From Eutreptiella sp. 'Long Island Sound 2002' (lineage: Eukaryota > Protista > Euglenida): DNA of 64,000 nucleotides. This document shows positions 35,717 through 48,518 of the stretch, piece by piece (the first letter of the stretch is position 1; every line of letters begins with the position of its first letter). The notes under the pieces were generated by a model. That model did no database searches and was not told the origin of the DNA. It saw only the letters and a program-made list of their open reading frames with translations. The translations under genes were made by a program, and so were the position numbers. The stretch lies in assembly GCA_964036045.1 (NCBI GenBank), contig OZ038378.1:13950001-14014000 (forward strand). The letters are read 5' to 3'.

Positions 35717-36904
35717 CTCAGCACTTTCCTGCTCGCTCCTCCACCAAAAAAATTCACACTCCCATTCCCCGATGTGCTCACTTCAGGACAGGCATGACCA
35801 TAAATTAATCTTACAAATGATTGTGCTTTGTGAGCATGCTTGGACCCTTGCAGCCCCCCCCCTTTCGTTGACCTGGTGTCGTGCGTGTAGGGTGCCTCAG
35901 AGACACAATCCAAGTACAAGTTACCTCAAACAAAAGGGACTGGTCAGGTACTATCATTTTCGGGCAAAGAACACCAGGATGCAATCTGTCATTTTTATGT
36001 CAATCCGAGTTTGCAGCTTTTGTGGTTCCAATCTGCACATCTGTCTCAATGTTAGGGTTGCATGCAGCCCCCCCCCCCCCCCCTGCCATGGTAAATTCCC
36101 ACCCTTCATTACTTCCCCTGGGCGGGGGAACCGTTACGAAACAACCAAAAAGTTCTGGCACTGCCCTGCTCAGACTTCAATGTGAACCTGACTCAAGCAC
36201 GAAAGGAGGATGGGCGGACATCTGCCAGACTTTGCAGCAAAAGGCATGAAGCTTCTAGAGGAACATCACCAGAAACAACACTCAGAACGGTGCCACAAGG
36301 GATGGAAGAAGTGGAAAGCATTGTGCCCACCGGGGGCGGTTCAGTCCATTTCCGGACCCCGGACCCCGCGGTGTGGGCAGGGGTCCAAAGGGGGGGGGGG
36401 CTTTTTGGGGGTTTTAGGGGCGTTTTTGAATTCCCCATTCCATTTTGAGCATTTTGCGTTTGCACAAATGGGATAGATTCTCCTTTTACCATTCATCACA
36501 AATGACAAATAGTACAGCATTCCGGCGGACAAACCGCTGAACCAGCAACGGCATCCGGCAAGTAGTGTAAAACACATGGCGGTATCAACAACTTCCATTT
36601 GATCCACCGTTTCCATCACAATGTTTGCAGGCACATTGCACCCATCACCAATATGGCCACATGACCCCTGCCTTGTCACGGTCCCCATAGTGGGAAGAAA
36701 TCAATATGGCTGCAGAGCCCTGCCTTCTCCAGGGTCCCCATAGTGGGGTGAAATCACCATGGCCACATAACCTCAGGCCAGATTGGTGGGGGGAAATGAA
36801 AGAGTTGAACTCACCATCCTAATTGGAGCGTTCTAGGTCTCGACACATTAGGTGAAACCAATTTTCTGACCTTTTTAACTTTAGGCCAAAAAAAAAATCT
36901 ATTG

Positions 36905-37390
36905 CCTTCAGCAACGCACCTCGAAGAAAGACGAGCAACGTTTTGGGGGAATCGTAAACCATAGGCCGATGAAGATCCACCCATCGCAGTGAAAACACAC
37001 CCAACAAGCGCTTTTGGGGGCCAATAAGCACCATTAGGAGGGCCTAGTTGGCGCTACATGAGTTGAGACATACTCCCATTGTCACCAAATGATCACCCAA
37101 CAACGGCCCAAGGGTCCCCGTGGGTCAGCAGGGTTGACTCCGAAATTCCGATTTTCAGTCAACCCATGGTGGTCTGCAAACGGCAAAGACCTCGCCAACG
37201 GGGCCCAAAAGGGGGGGTGCAATTTTGAAATACCGGAGATAGCACCCTGGACCCCGTCATTGGTTCCGGGTCCCTATTCAACGGTTTTTGGTGCCACTAA
37301 ACGGCAGCAATTTTGCAGCTTTCGGGGGGCCCATGGCCCGGGCTACATGGGCCTAGCGGCCACTACGTGATCCCCATGGGTGCTAGAGTG
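36905..37390. repeat. Dispersed modular repeat family B
   Basis: 36915-37120 is near-identical to 55740-55940. Confidence 0.85.
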
Positions 37391-39244
37391 CGTGACAGCG
37401 AGAGTTTGGAAAAAATCATCGTGTGAAAAATTTCTGGTGGAACTCAACAGCATAAATGACAACAATTTTGAGCACCACTTCTTTTAACGTCTGTAGGCTT
37501 ATTTATGGACAGAGGTAGAGGGGTGGAAGGAGAGGGCCGGTCACAGTTTGGGCGCCCTCCCCCCCATCATATATGCCCCACACCTATGGAGCACGGGGGA
37601 GGAGGGGGATGAGTTGGTGGGGACTAAGGCTCATCCATGCTCGCCCTCCCGTGCGCCCTACTCGGCGCCCTCCACCCCTCCCTAGTAGCCCCACGGGCCA
37701 CCACCGCATCGCTCGTGGTGCCCTACCGGATGCCCCCATCCCTCCTTGGCTGTTGTGCCCCCCAACACTACCACGGGCAGAGGGAAGTTGTGGTCCTCAG
37801 CCCTCTATGCACCCCCCAAGGCCGGCCACAGGATGAGGCCCTAGGAAGCCATCCCTGCCGCCGCGCCTACAGCCCGCAGCCCCTCATCGGCCGGTCCCAC
37901 CAGCCCCCTCACCTCTCGCCCGTATGTGGCCACCCACAAGTTGAGGCCTCTTTCATCCCGGCCTTGCTCTCTTGCAACCCTGTTGCATCCTTGAGCGCTG
38001 CGTACTGCGGCGCTGTTGCCGCGCCTAGTCTCCCTCCAGAGCAGCCCTTGTGTTGTTGCGGTGTGGGGAGGGGGTGGTTGTGGTCCCCCACCCCAAGCCG
38101 AGCCTACGGGGGGGCCACCTGTGGGCTAGTGGCTAGCGTGCCCCGCGACGCCCCGATGCCAAGCTGCAGCCCCCCAAAGGGGGGGTATCACTGCCAGGCC
38201 GGCGGCGGACGCAGCCTGGCAATGACAAGACCCTTTTAGGGCTGGCGGCAGCGAAGGGCCACTCCCCTACCCTGCCCCTGGGGTCTGGAGGGCAAAGGGG
38301 GTGGGTCTCACCTCACGATGACCAGCCCCTTAGGGACAAGGACCGGCCCCTCAATGATCTGCACAGCCGCAACACGTCGGCTCATCCTCAGGGACGCCAC
38401 CCCGCGGAGAGCCACTGGTAGTGGATGCATCCCCGCTAGCGATTTCCTGCCGAAATGCGACGGCTACGGCTCTCCGCCGTGGCAGAGGGACCGTCGAGCC
38501 CTTGCAGCGGGTCCAAGGGGTTGTCGGCCCACTCGCCCACAGGCCCCCGTGGGCCAGCAGTGGCACCCCCAAAAGGTTCTTGTGCCCCAAGTTTAACCAA
38601 GGGCCAGCCAGGGGTCACACAGGTCCTCCCTAGGTCACGTGAGTAGAGTCACACGCCATGCTCCCCCGGAATCCCATGCGCAGGTATCAGCAGTTGCATG
38701 CTCCGCCGCCACATCAAGGTCCTCATAGTAGACCTCAGAGGCGGCACACTAGCAATCGCCCAGCGTGCCGCAGCGCAGACAGGGCAGCCGAACCCCTGGG
38801 CAGCAGCATTCCTCCGGCAACCCCAGCAGAGTGGGCACAAAATTGCATAGGCGCACCCTACAAGTCCAAAGTGAGGGCATGCCCCAGCCTGGCCGCCGTG
38901 CTCGAAGGCCACCATGTTCACCACCATGGCCATCGCCGCAGCAGTTGCCGTGATCGCCGTCGCGAGGAGCCATGCCGTGCTTGCTGCAAGCGGCCCCTTC
39001 CAGTTTTTGCACCGGCCTTGCAAGCCACGGCGGGAGGGTGGGGCGAGAGGCACGGCCGCTGATACCGATGGCAGAGAGGGCTAGTGCCTCTTGGACAGCC
39101 CCTGGGGAGCAAGGGCGTTAAGGGGAGGCCTCCCCGCAACCTGGGAGGCCCCTCTTGACAGAGACATGGTTGCGGCTTGGCTCGGGCAGCCTCGCCACAT
39201 GCAGGCGCACAACAAAAGACCAACAAAAACCAACAATATCAGGG

Positions 39245-39810
39245 CTTTCGGGGGGGGGGTCCATGGCCCAGGCTACATGGGCCCAGTAGCCAGTCCGTGG
39301 GTCCCCATGGGTGCGAGAGTATCCGTATTGTCATCAAATGATCACCCAAACCCATCCCAGAGGCGACAAAGGGTTTCGGAAAAGTCAAATTTTTGAATAT
39401 TTTCGAGTGCCACTGAACAACCGGCTCACCGGGATAGTACTCACACGACGCACCGGCATGGCGGGGCCAACCGTGGGTACCCGGAGTTCGGACCTAAGAC
39501 CCCTGCCATTGTTTAGAGCATCCATGTACAGCTCCCCATTACGCAAAACAGTTTTGACCCCACTCCACCCCAACACCCACACCCACCCACCCCGCTGCCA
39601 AAAAGTGGCAACCGGCCGGGTACATGGGGCTGAAGGGGTCAAACTCAAAAAAAAATTTGTGGGATCATTTTGTCTCCCAAAATGATGATTGGATGATTGG
39701 GGTTGGACATCCGATATCATCCATTGGTTTATTCTACATGAATAAGCCAAAAAAGAGGCGCATATGGTGCCTGCACTTGCGCTTGATCTAACAACCTCCC
39801 CTCAAGGGGA
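39245..39810. repeat. Family B modules followed by a family C copy
   Basis: ccatggcccaggctacatgggcc...gtccccatgggtgc.agagt...aaatgatcacccaaacccatcccagagg, then the family C block. Confidence 0.75.
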
Positions 39811-40557
39811 TTTTCCAGGCACCCAAATTGGCTGTTCCCTATTGCCACCAATTGATGTGGGTTGGGGGGTCCAGAGGGGGCGTTGGGGTTAAGGTCTGGC
39901 CCAATACGTAAGCCTCCCCCATGATTGTGCTAGGGGGACAGCAAAGCAAGACAACCCAAAGACCAAGCAGAGTACTGAAGAAGGAAATCATATTAAGGAG
40001 CAATAGTCCATGGGGCTTCTACCCATTCCAGCCCCCAGACTCACCCAAGGGGCAAGTCGCGCGGGTTGCTGGAGAGCTGCCGCCCTGTATGACAAGAGGC
40101 TCCCCCCTCCGTCCTTTAGGTTGCCTCACGTGAGGCCCGTCCATGCTTCATGAGCCCCTCCGCGCTGTTGGAAGACAGAGCACCTTCCTGCATGCTGTAC
40201 AGCATGGTGGAGTGTCGTGCATGGGGGTCACGAACCCATCCCTGGCCCTGTCGGGCCATGCCAGGCAATTCCGTGCAGAGACGCTGTGCTCCGCGAAGAG
40301 AGGGAAAGGTAAAGGGGTTAGGGGGCCACTCCCCCACGGAGGGTGGGGTAGAGTACTGGACTTCATACTGACCCATGTCCTCATCGCACTCACGATGAGT
40401 GCTGCCCGCTCGCGAGGCAGACATCACGCTCTCAAAAAGTGGCGCCAGCAGGGTGGGGGGCAGATCGGGGGGGGTAGAACACCGGACGGCATACTGTTGC
40501 ACGTCCTCATCATACGCACTCTGAGTGCTGTCCCTTCGCGGGGTAGACATTGCGCTC

Positions 40558-43500
40558 TCACACAAGGGGCGCCAGCAGGACAGGGGGCAGGTGAGGTGAA
40601 TCCTGCTGTCGGTTAGACCCCCCCCCTGGTGTGCATGCGGGCGACCAATGCTCCGGGGTCACGTGCCGCACGGAGTGCCAACTGGAAGTCACCGCCGGCG
40701 ACCATGCCGGAGATGGCGAGAATTGCCCTGGCCTGCTCAGCACCCGCGGAGACGGGGTGCTAGTTACGTTGAACCCCATCGGAGGGCCGGTGGGCAGGAC
40801 GGCGGTGCGTGAAGTCCGCTCGTTGGGCCGTGGTTCCCTTCGGGGCTGTAGCGGTTGTGGCCTTGCTGGGGGCATCCGGATCTGCTGTAACATCCTTGCT
40901 ATCCCCGGGGGGATGTCGCGTCCCTTTTCGTGTGGAGGCTGCTCCGAGCTGCGTGTCGGTAGTGGGGTGCGCTGCCCCTCTGGGGTGCTTACCACCACTA
41001 TGCGTGACGCACGCTCAGGAGTGATAGCTCCTGTGAGCTGTAGGTATGAGAGCGCATGTCTGGACATGGGGAGGGGGGCTCCGGCAGGGCTCCCGTGACG
41101 GTCTGGGGCCTCCAGGGCCGTGTGTGACCGCGTATCCCCTTGCTGTAGCTGGGGTCGCTTGCGCCGTGGGCTCCCCGGCCGTTCCGTGACCGACCGCCGC
41201 CTTTCGACCCCTCGGGGCACCCGCGCAGGTGGTGCCCTACGCCGTGACTTCCTCAGCGCCGGGTTCCCTGACCGGTGAACGGATCGGGCCCTGGGAGCGC
41301 GTGTGCGGGGCACTGCGTGTGGCGGTGAGGACCGCGCTGGGCCGCTTCTGGGCCCCGCTGTCGCTCGTCGGTAGCTTCCCCCGGTGTTGATGGGCTCAGA
41401 TTCCCACGAGGACGACGAGGAGAAGACCTCCGGGGTAGAGGGCCCTTCCTCCGAGGTGTATTCCATCTGCACCGGGGGCGACGGCGACGGCGGAGCCCAT
41501 CCTAGAGGTGCATCCGGGTGGGTTAGCGCATCTACGCGCTGCGACAAATCGCTGGGCGCTGCCGCTCGCCCCGCCGGCAGTGCCGCTTGTGGACTCGAGC
41601 CCACTGCAGCTACATCAGGTGGAGGCGGGACCGCCTGCTTAGCAGGTCGGAGCAACCGGTAGGGCCGCGTAGGGGGAGCTCCAGGGTTGTGGTGTGCTGG
41701 AAAGTAGTCAGCCGCAAACAAAGTGGCGCTCTTCTTACCTCCTCCTCTGCCGGTGAGATGCCTGGGGGTGTGCATAGCAGGCAGCAGAGACGATGTGTAC
41801 TTGAGCTTGGGAATGCGCTCCCTGATGCTGGGGCTGGACTCCATTGCTTCCCGCCGTTCCTTGGCCCGCTGGGCATTTCTCCGTCTCGTGTCCGGTGAGG
41901 GGGGCGGTGCCTGTAGCACAGCCGTCCAGCGCTGCTCACAGTACTCTTGCACGTTTTGTAGGAGTTTCAGCATGTCCGGGCGCCGTGTGAAGTATGGTCT
42001 CGCAGACACACCCACTATTGTGGGGGCCCCCAGTGGGACTAGGGAGGAGCATTTGGTAAGCACACCACCTGGTAGCACGGCCCCAGCCACGCTCAGCTTT
42101 TGCAAGGTCGCTAGGGCAAGCTTTAGGACCCTTGCCCTTTCTGGTAGCGGGAGGGCAGTCGCCCGATACACAGCCTGGGGTGAGGCCGGCAGGGTGCGCG
42201 TCGCAAAGCACTCAAAGTCCATTGCCAGCTGCATGAAGGAGACTTGCCCTTTCCCTGGTATCCAGACCAGCTCGTTGACCCATCGTAGCAGATCGCCACG
42301 AAAGTCGGAGTCCCACCGCCACTCTTGAGCTGTGGGTTGGCGAATCCGCAGCTTCTCCCTGTGCTCCGGCCGCGGTAGCGGCCCGATGAACTGCCAGAAT
42401 GGGTACCCTCTGCCTTGTTTCGTCTTAGGCTGGTCAAAGAGCTGCACATCTTCCCGGTGTGCCCGCGCCCGCAGAATTTGCAGCACCATACTATGAAAAC
42501 CGTACATAAAGTCGTGCACCTGGCCTTTGGGGATGCCGTGCGACAGGTGTTCCGGCATCAAGCCACAGATCCGTAAGCACGTGGGCCAACTACTGATCTG
42601 GTCTGATAGCCCCAGTGCCCTCGCCGTTCTCATAAGCGAGCGCCAGGCACCGGATCGATGTATGCCCCAGGCTGGGCAGGCCCACAAGATGTGTTCGTCG
42701 TCTTCTTCTTGTTGCCGCGAGCAGTATGGGCATGGCGGTGTCGCCCTGAGGCCCCTCGCATGCGCCCTGGCAGCCGTCCATAACGCCCCTGTGAGCCAGC
42801 CCCGCAGCAGCGCCTTATCAAATTCTGTGCCCTCTGATAGAAGGACTTGACATGCCTCCCTGTCGAGGGCCCCTAAGATGCCTTGAAATTGTCGCGGTCG
42901 ACGATCTTCCAGCGAGAGCAGGGCCCGCCGCCTGATGGAGTCCCGCAGGATATGCTTGAATTTGTCCTCATTTATGAGCGTCATGTCTATTTCTTCGGGC
43001 ACCCCGGGCACATTCCAGACCCACCAATGATCCGCCTGCCTCCAGCCAAGGCTCTCCAACTCCAGGAGGGCTCGTTGAACCGGTCCTGATGTAGTGGGTC
43101 GTACCTGCGCTTGCCGAGCTTCAATGCACGACTGCACCACAACCTGAAGGGTGCCTGGCGTGCGCGCTACCGCGAGGAGCCAACATACCCTGTCATACGT
43201 GGTTTTCATGTGAGGAGACACCCGGTGTCCCTGTACTAGCAGCACGAAGATGATCTCCTTCGCCCTACCTGGCCTCGAGGTGCCCCACAAACTGTGGAGC
43301 ACTGCCGTCTCCAGACTCTGTAAATCCCTCCGGGATACCTCCGCCCCCGGGGTCCCCCATAGGGCTGCGGCTTGTACCAGAGTGGCAATGATGTGTGTTC
43401 GCCGGCTGAAGCCCCCTTGTGCACCCCTCACTCTGGACAGCAGGTGTATCCCCTTGGATGTCCTCTTTTTCAGGAGCGGGCCAGTCCCCCTGGTCAGGCT

Positions 43501-46500
43501 GGTACGAATACCCACCCCCAGCGAGCGGAATTCAGCTTGGAGGGGGAGTGAGATCCCTTGGAGTACCGTGTGTTTGCGGGCAATTTCCTTGGATTGTCGT
43601 ACTTGTATGGACAGTGACTTCTTGGGGTTCACTTTTTGCAGGGTGAGAGCCAGCCACTCATCAGTGAGCTGCATCACCGGCGCCATGTATTGGCCCTCAG
43701 ATCGCAGCGGATACGTGTCATCTGCATAGCCCATGGACCCGACCTGGATCGTGCCCGCCTCTTGTGGCTGGGGTTGAGCACCCCTGAGCTTCACTGGGCT
43801 GTGGGGTGGGGACTCCCCCGATGTTGCCATGTCTTCTTCCACCAGCCCATCGCGTTCGGGCTTAGGTGCGGAGGAGGGGTGTGGCGGCTGCGATTGCTGA
43901 GGTGGAGGTGGAGGTCCATGGCCACATGTGCAGGGGCTGGAGTGTTCCCAATATTCAAACTGGTCAATCCCCGAGCCGAAGGTCTTCATAACGCACCTGC
44001 TCGGGGCCGGTGGTGGCCGAAAGCGGGACACTGCAGTGGACTGGGAGGGTTTACGTCTGTATCTCAGCTCCTTGGGCTCTTCCAGCTTGGGCGGTATGGG
44101 CGGCAGGCTGTGTACCGTCACTGAGATAGCTCCTTCCAGCTCGTCCACGGCACGCATCCAGACTGTGGTGAGCATGTTGATCATGAGTACACTCATGGCG
44201 CACCCTTGCAGTACGCCGTTCGTGGCGTGAAAAAAGGAGCCCAGCGCCCCGTTTATTTTGAACGCCCTGTGTAGTTGTTGATACATGGCCTCCAATGCCG
44301 CCTGCGGTTTGGGGTCCAGGCCGAACTCTCGTGCCATTCGGAAGGAGATTTGTTGTGGTATCAAATCAAAACACTTCACATAGTCAGTGCCAGCGCCAGA
44401 TAATGCCTGCTTCAGTAGGTGTGCTCGCTCAATGAGGGCGGCCAGCAGAGTTGCTGCGTCCAGGGCGCTCTTCTGCGGCTTGAAGGCAAATGCATTTCGG
44501 TGCACCCACTTCTCCTGCCAGATGAGGCAGTCACGGAGTCGGATACCGGACTAGGCGCCATAAATCGCAGACAGCACCGACAGCGGCCTGAGCTGTAGCG
44601 GCTCACTGCCCTCGCCTTTGGGGATCAGCGGAATGTACCCTGTGGCAAGTTGCTCAGGCCATACGCCATGGGATTCAACCCAGCTTAACAGCTGAGCCAG
44701 CATGTGCAGTAGCGGCCATGGCATGTTCCGCATGTCTACGACAGTCCATCCGTCTAGACCTGTGGCCCGGCCGCGTTTCATGTCCTTGAACTGACGGCAG
44801 AGGCGCTCTGCGGTGATGGGCTGACATTCCATCTGGTGATGCTCCACATATTTGCCGAACCTGCGCCGGAGGGGTTCAGTTTCCGGCTCCGGCATCGTCG
44901 GATCCGCGTGCTGCCTCATTATCGGGTCCCATTTCTGGTGTATCACGAGGTCCATTTCGGGCACATTGCCAGTCAAGGTGCCGTCCTCTTTCTGGATCAG
45001 GACAGTGGGCGTGTACTTGTCCTCTTTGATCCATTGGTACACCTTCCCAGGTGATGTGGTCCAGGTCTCCTCAATCCATTCCCTCCAATCTTGGTGCCTC
45101 TTCTTCTCTTCGTGAGCCAGTTGCCGCCTACTCAGCATTTTAATCTTATCACTGAGTCGGACCAAGTCGGTAATGGTCATGGGTGCACTTTCTGGAGCCT
45201 CCATCACCGTGCGCAGTAGTTCTTGGTGCTCTGCTACACATCGCCCTTTGGAGATGAGCTGAAGAATGCGGTGGGCCCTCCTGCGTATCGCCTTCCAATT
45301 GTTGAGGACCTCTCGCGGTACGGGGCCCATAACAGGGACCACGGCTTGTTCCCTGCTTGCCGCCCACTTCATCACCGGCACTAGGGCGCTCAGCAGGGCG
45401 GACATCTCCTTAGTTGGTGCAGTGCACGGGAGTCCTGACGACGTCATGCGCTTCGGCGTGAGCTCCACTGTCTTGAGCATCTTCTTGGTTCCCCGTCCTC
45501 TCGGCAACTCTTGGGGAGCCAGTGGTAGTTGGCATATTCCTGTCCTGACCGCTGGCGGCGGTGCCATGGTCAGGACCAGCATGGTTTCTCATCCAGCCAT
45601 GTCCGGAGGTCCCACAGTTGATCTGCCGTGGACGCCTCATTTTCTAGGACTTTCTCCCATATCGCCACGTATGGTTCGGTGACTTCTTTCACTATTTGGT
45701 CTCGCTTGCGTTTCTGCAGGTGGGCTGGTATCATGGGTGGTAACCGCACAAACTTCAGAACCCGCTGGGCAGACTGCTTGAAATTGAAGGTGAAGGTGAC
45801 CGGCTTGTGTACAGGCACGGGACATCTTTCGGTTGGTAAGACTTTCATGATGGCACTGGCCGTCTTGGCATCTGCCAAAATACCATCAATTCTGGTTGGT
45901 TTCTGTTTGATGGAGCCATTGTGGTACGAGCACTGGCAGTCCTGTCCCGTGGTCCGTGCATGTAAGAGGTCGACATCCACAATGCGCCCCGACAGCAGCT
46001 CCGTCATCATGAGGTTGGGCATGCTGCGGTAGTGATCTAGTTGGACATTGGCATCCGTGGCTATCAGAAAGGGGGGGTTTCCCAGCTTTGCAACTTGGGT
46101 CAGCACTGCCTCCCATAGCTTGCCATTTAGCTTGTGGTCTCCTGGGATCCCATACACCACAATCACGTTTAGGGGACGTTTACCATCCGCTGGGGTCACG
46201 ATGACGTGCAGCCACCTGCCTGAATTCCACAGTTCCTCACTTAGTGTGCATCCCGGGTCCCGCTGAGCTTGCTTTGCCGGCCACTTTTCCCGTACCAGAA
46301 GGGCCGCCCCTCCTGGGGCAGCTCCCCAAATGCCACCTGTCTTGGATAGTAGGGGGGCTCCCCAAAAGGGTTGCCACCCCTTCTGTCTTGCCGTGAAGGC
46401 CATTGCATTCTGGGCCCCTTGCGTGAGCCGTGTTTCCGTGAGTGCTACGATGTCCTCTTGCAAATCCAGCACTTCATTGTGGTGTGCTCGCAAGGCCGTC

Positions 46501-48518
46501 ACGTTGATGAGTGCCTGAGAGGTGGGTCCTGGGTTGGGGTGCATGTCACCACAGCGTAGGATCTGGTCACGCTTCCAGTGTGGATGCGTGTGTGCGCGTG
46601 TGTGTGCGCGCACATGCAGCGCGGCCCACTGGTCAAGTGGCACCATCTGTGCCACGTTGTGGGCCGACTGCGTTGGGGTGGGATTCTGATCTGACTGATC
46701 CAGGAGCAGGAGCAGGGGGCGAAAAGGAACAAGGCAGGCCAGGCGGTTAGGTAGGCTGGAGGGGTCAGGAAGAGAAGCTCTGAGGTAACAGTGACAGTGA
46801 ATACTGGCATTGCGGTGTGCATCAGGCACCGCTGCTGAGGACGGCGGGCTTACCCGACTCGTCCATAATAGTCTGGCGGCTCTCGCCATCACAGACCGTC
46901 TCTCGGCACTGTGACGCGGCGGGCGTTCCCATCTCGCGCACGGCTTAGCTGGGTGGTTAGCGGAGCTCTCCGTCTTAGCTATGCTGGCCTGCTCGTCACT
47001 GGCAGGGTTGAGAGTGTGCATGGGCCGCAGTGATGGTGCGCCTTGACGGATCTTCAGGTCACGGTCATCTGCCGTCTCGGTAGCCTCGCTGCAGCTTCCA
47101 TTCCGGGTCGAGCCACTGGAAGTGAGAAGGCAAGTTTGTGTGAGCAGGGGGGTACTGTATCTGCATGTATCAGCGCTTGCTGAGAGGACCGCACGTTCAG
47201 GCACCTGCCAAGCAAGGTCTGCACATACCTGGTCCACAAACTCTTGGCGTGGCGCGTATGCCGGCGGCTGGGCATCTTCGTCCTCCGGTGACGGTGACGG
47301 CGGCCTCATTGCTGTTGTTTGGGCTTGGATGCGGCTGATCAGCCATTCCGCGCCCGAGGCCCATGCGTACTGCGACACTCCATATTTGGCGTTGGAGCTG
47401 ATGCCGAAAGTAAGTCCCTGGGGTTTCCTTCCCCGCAGCCGTAGCCTCCAGTTTCGTGGCGCCGCATGGGTCCCTTGCTTGACCGTGTCGGGCTCTGGCG
47501 CGTTGTCGAAGCCCAGCTGGTGTCCGACGTCCGTGGCCCAGTCTCTGACCCAATCATCGCGATGATGCAGCGCAAGATGGGGCTCCAGCGCCAAGGCTAT
47601 GTATGAGCCTGTTTTGTACAGGACGTCGGTGATCACCGTGGGCCGTTCCGGTTGCATCTGCACCGCTGCCGAGATGTCCCTCAGCTGCTGCAGGGAGTAC
47701 GGGTTGGCGAGTCCGGATCTGCAGGGGCCATGCTCTGCTTCTTCCTCGTCTGCTGTCATCCCCACTACCTCATCATAGCTGGGTAGAGGTGGGCGGGCCA
47801 TCACCTGCTCGTAGCTGGGTGTCCGTGGCCTTTGTCTCGGCAGGTTGGCCTGGAATGGGATCAGGGGGGCCCTGTCAGAGTACTGCGCGGCCGACTGCTG
47901 CTCCTCCCGGGCTGCTTGGACTTCAGTTGCCTGTTGGGCATCGAGCTCTCGCAGCGCGCTTTCCATCCGTCTGGTCTCGCCTTGAATCCTGCATCGTTCT
48001 CGGTGTGCACTGCGGCATTTCGACCGATCTGGGTGCCGCTGTTGGGGCTGGTGGACGTGGACATGGATGTGGGTGTGCTGTTGCGGCTGCTGCCGCCTTC
48101 GATGTTGGCGTTCACCTTCCTCGCTGCTGGAGTCCGACCTTCGCCTTTTGTGCGACTGTCCCATGGAATAGAACATAGTACCTGTCATCAGGAATAGGCA
48201 GTCCAGGCGGCAGTCGCATGTCCTGGGTGGTGAGAGCCCTGGTAGGGGGAGCATCATTTCAGGGCTGCGTGCCCGAGCGGTTCTCATTGCGTCCTCTCTC
48301 GTCAGCTCAGTGGGGGGGCCCTTGCGTGCACTCAAGGCTGGTGTATGGCAACATTGTCTACGGTTAGAGCACCGTGGCAGAAGGCACAACATGCACAAGA
48401 GGAATCCTGAAGATTTCCCGCGCGGCGGACGTGTCCGGCTCGCGTAGCACGGCGGCTGTTTGTACCGACTCGTGCATGCCCTTGGACGCAGCAATGCCAC
48501 TGCCCGAACGGTCAGCAT
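40558..48518 (-). CDS. ORF2 of the large LINE: 664-aa leader, 2A-like motif, APE, RT, CCHC finger, Pro/Arg tail (~2650 codons; one 1-nt deletion near 45585 and one TAG at 44551-44553)
   Basis: APE motifs INVTAL, LTETRL, DANV, TRIDGIL, VHKPV. RT motifs ATGLDGW, LRPLSVLS, DYVKCFD, GVLQGC, YADD. Finger CPYC...DEHILWAC. Confidence 0.9.
46524..46550 (-). other. 2A-like (StopGo) motif GDMHPNPGP
   Basis: QILRCGDMHPNPG|P sits immediately before the first APE strand (SQALINVTAL). Confidence 0.75.
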
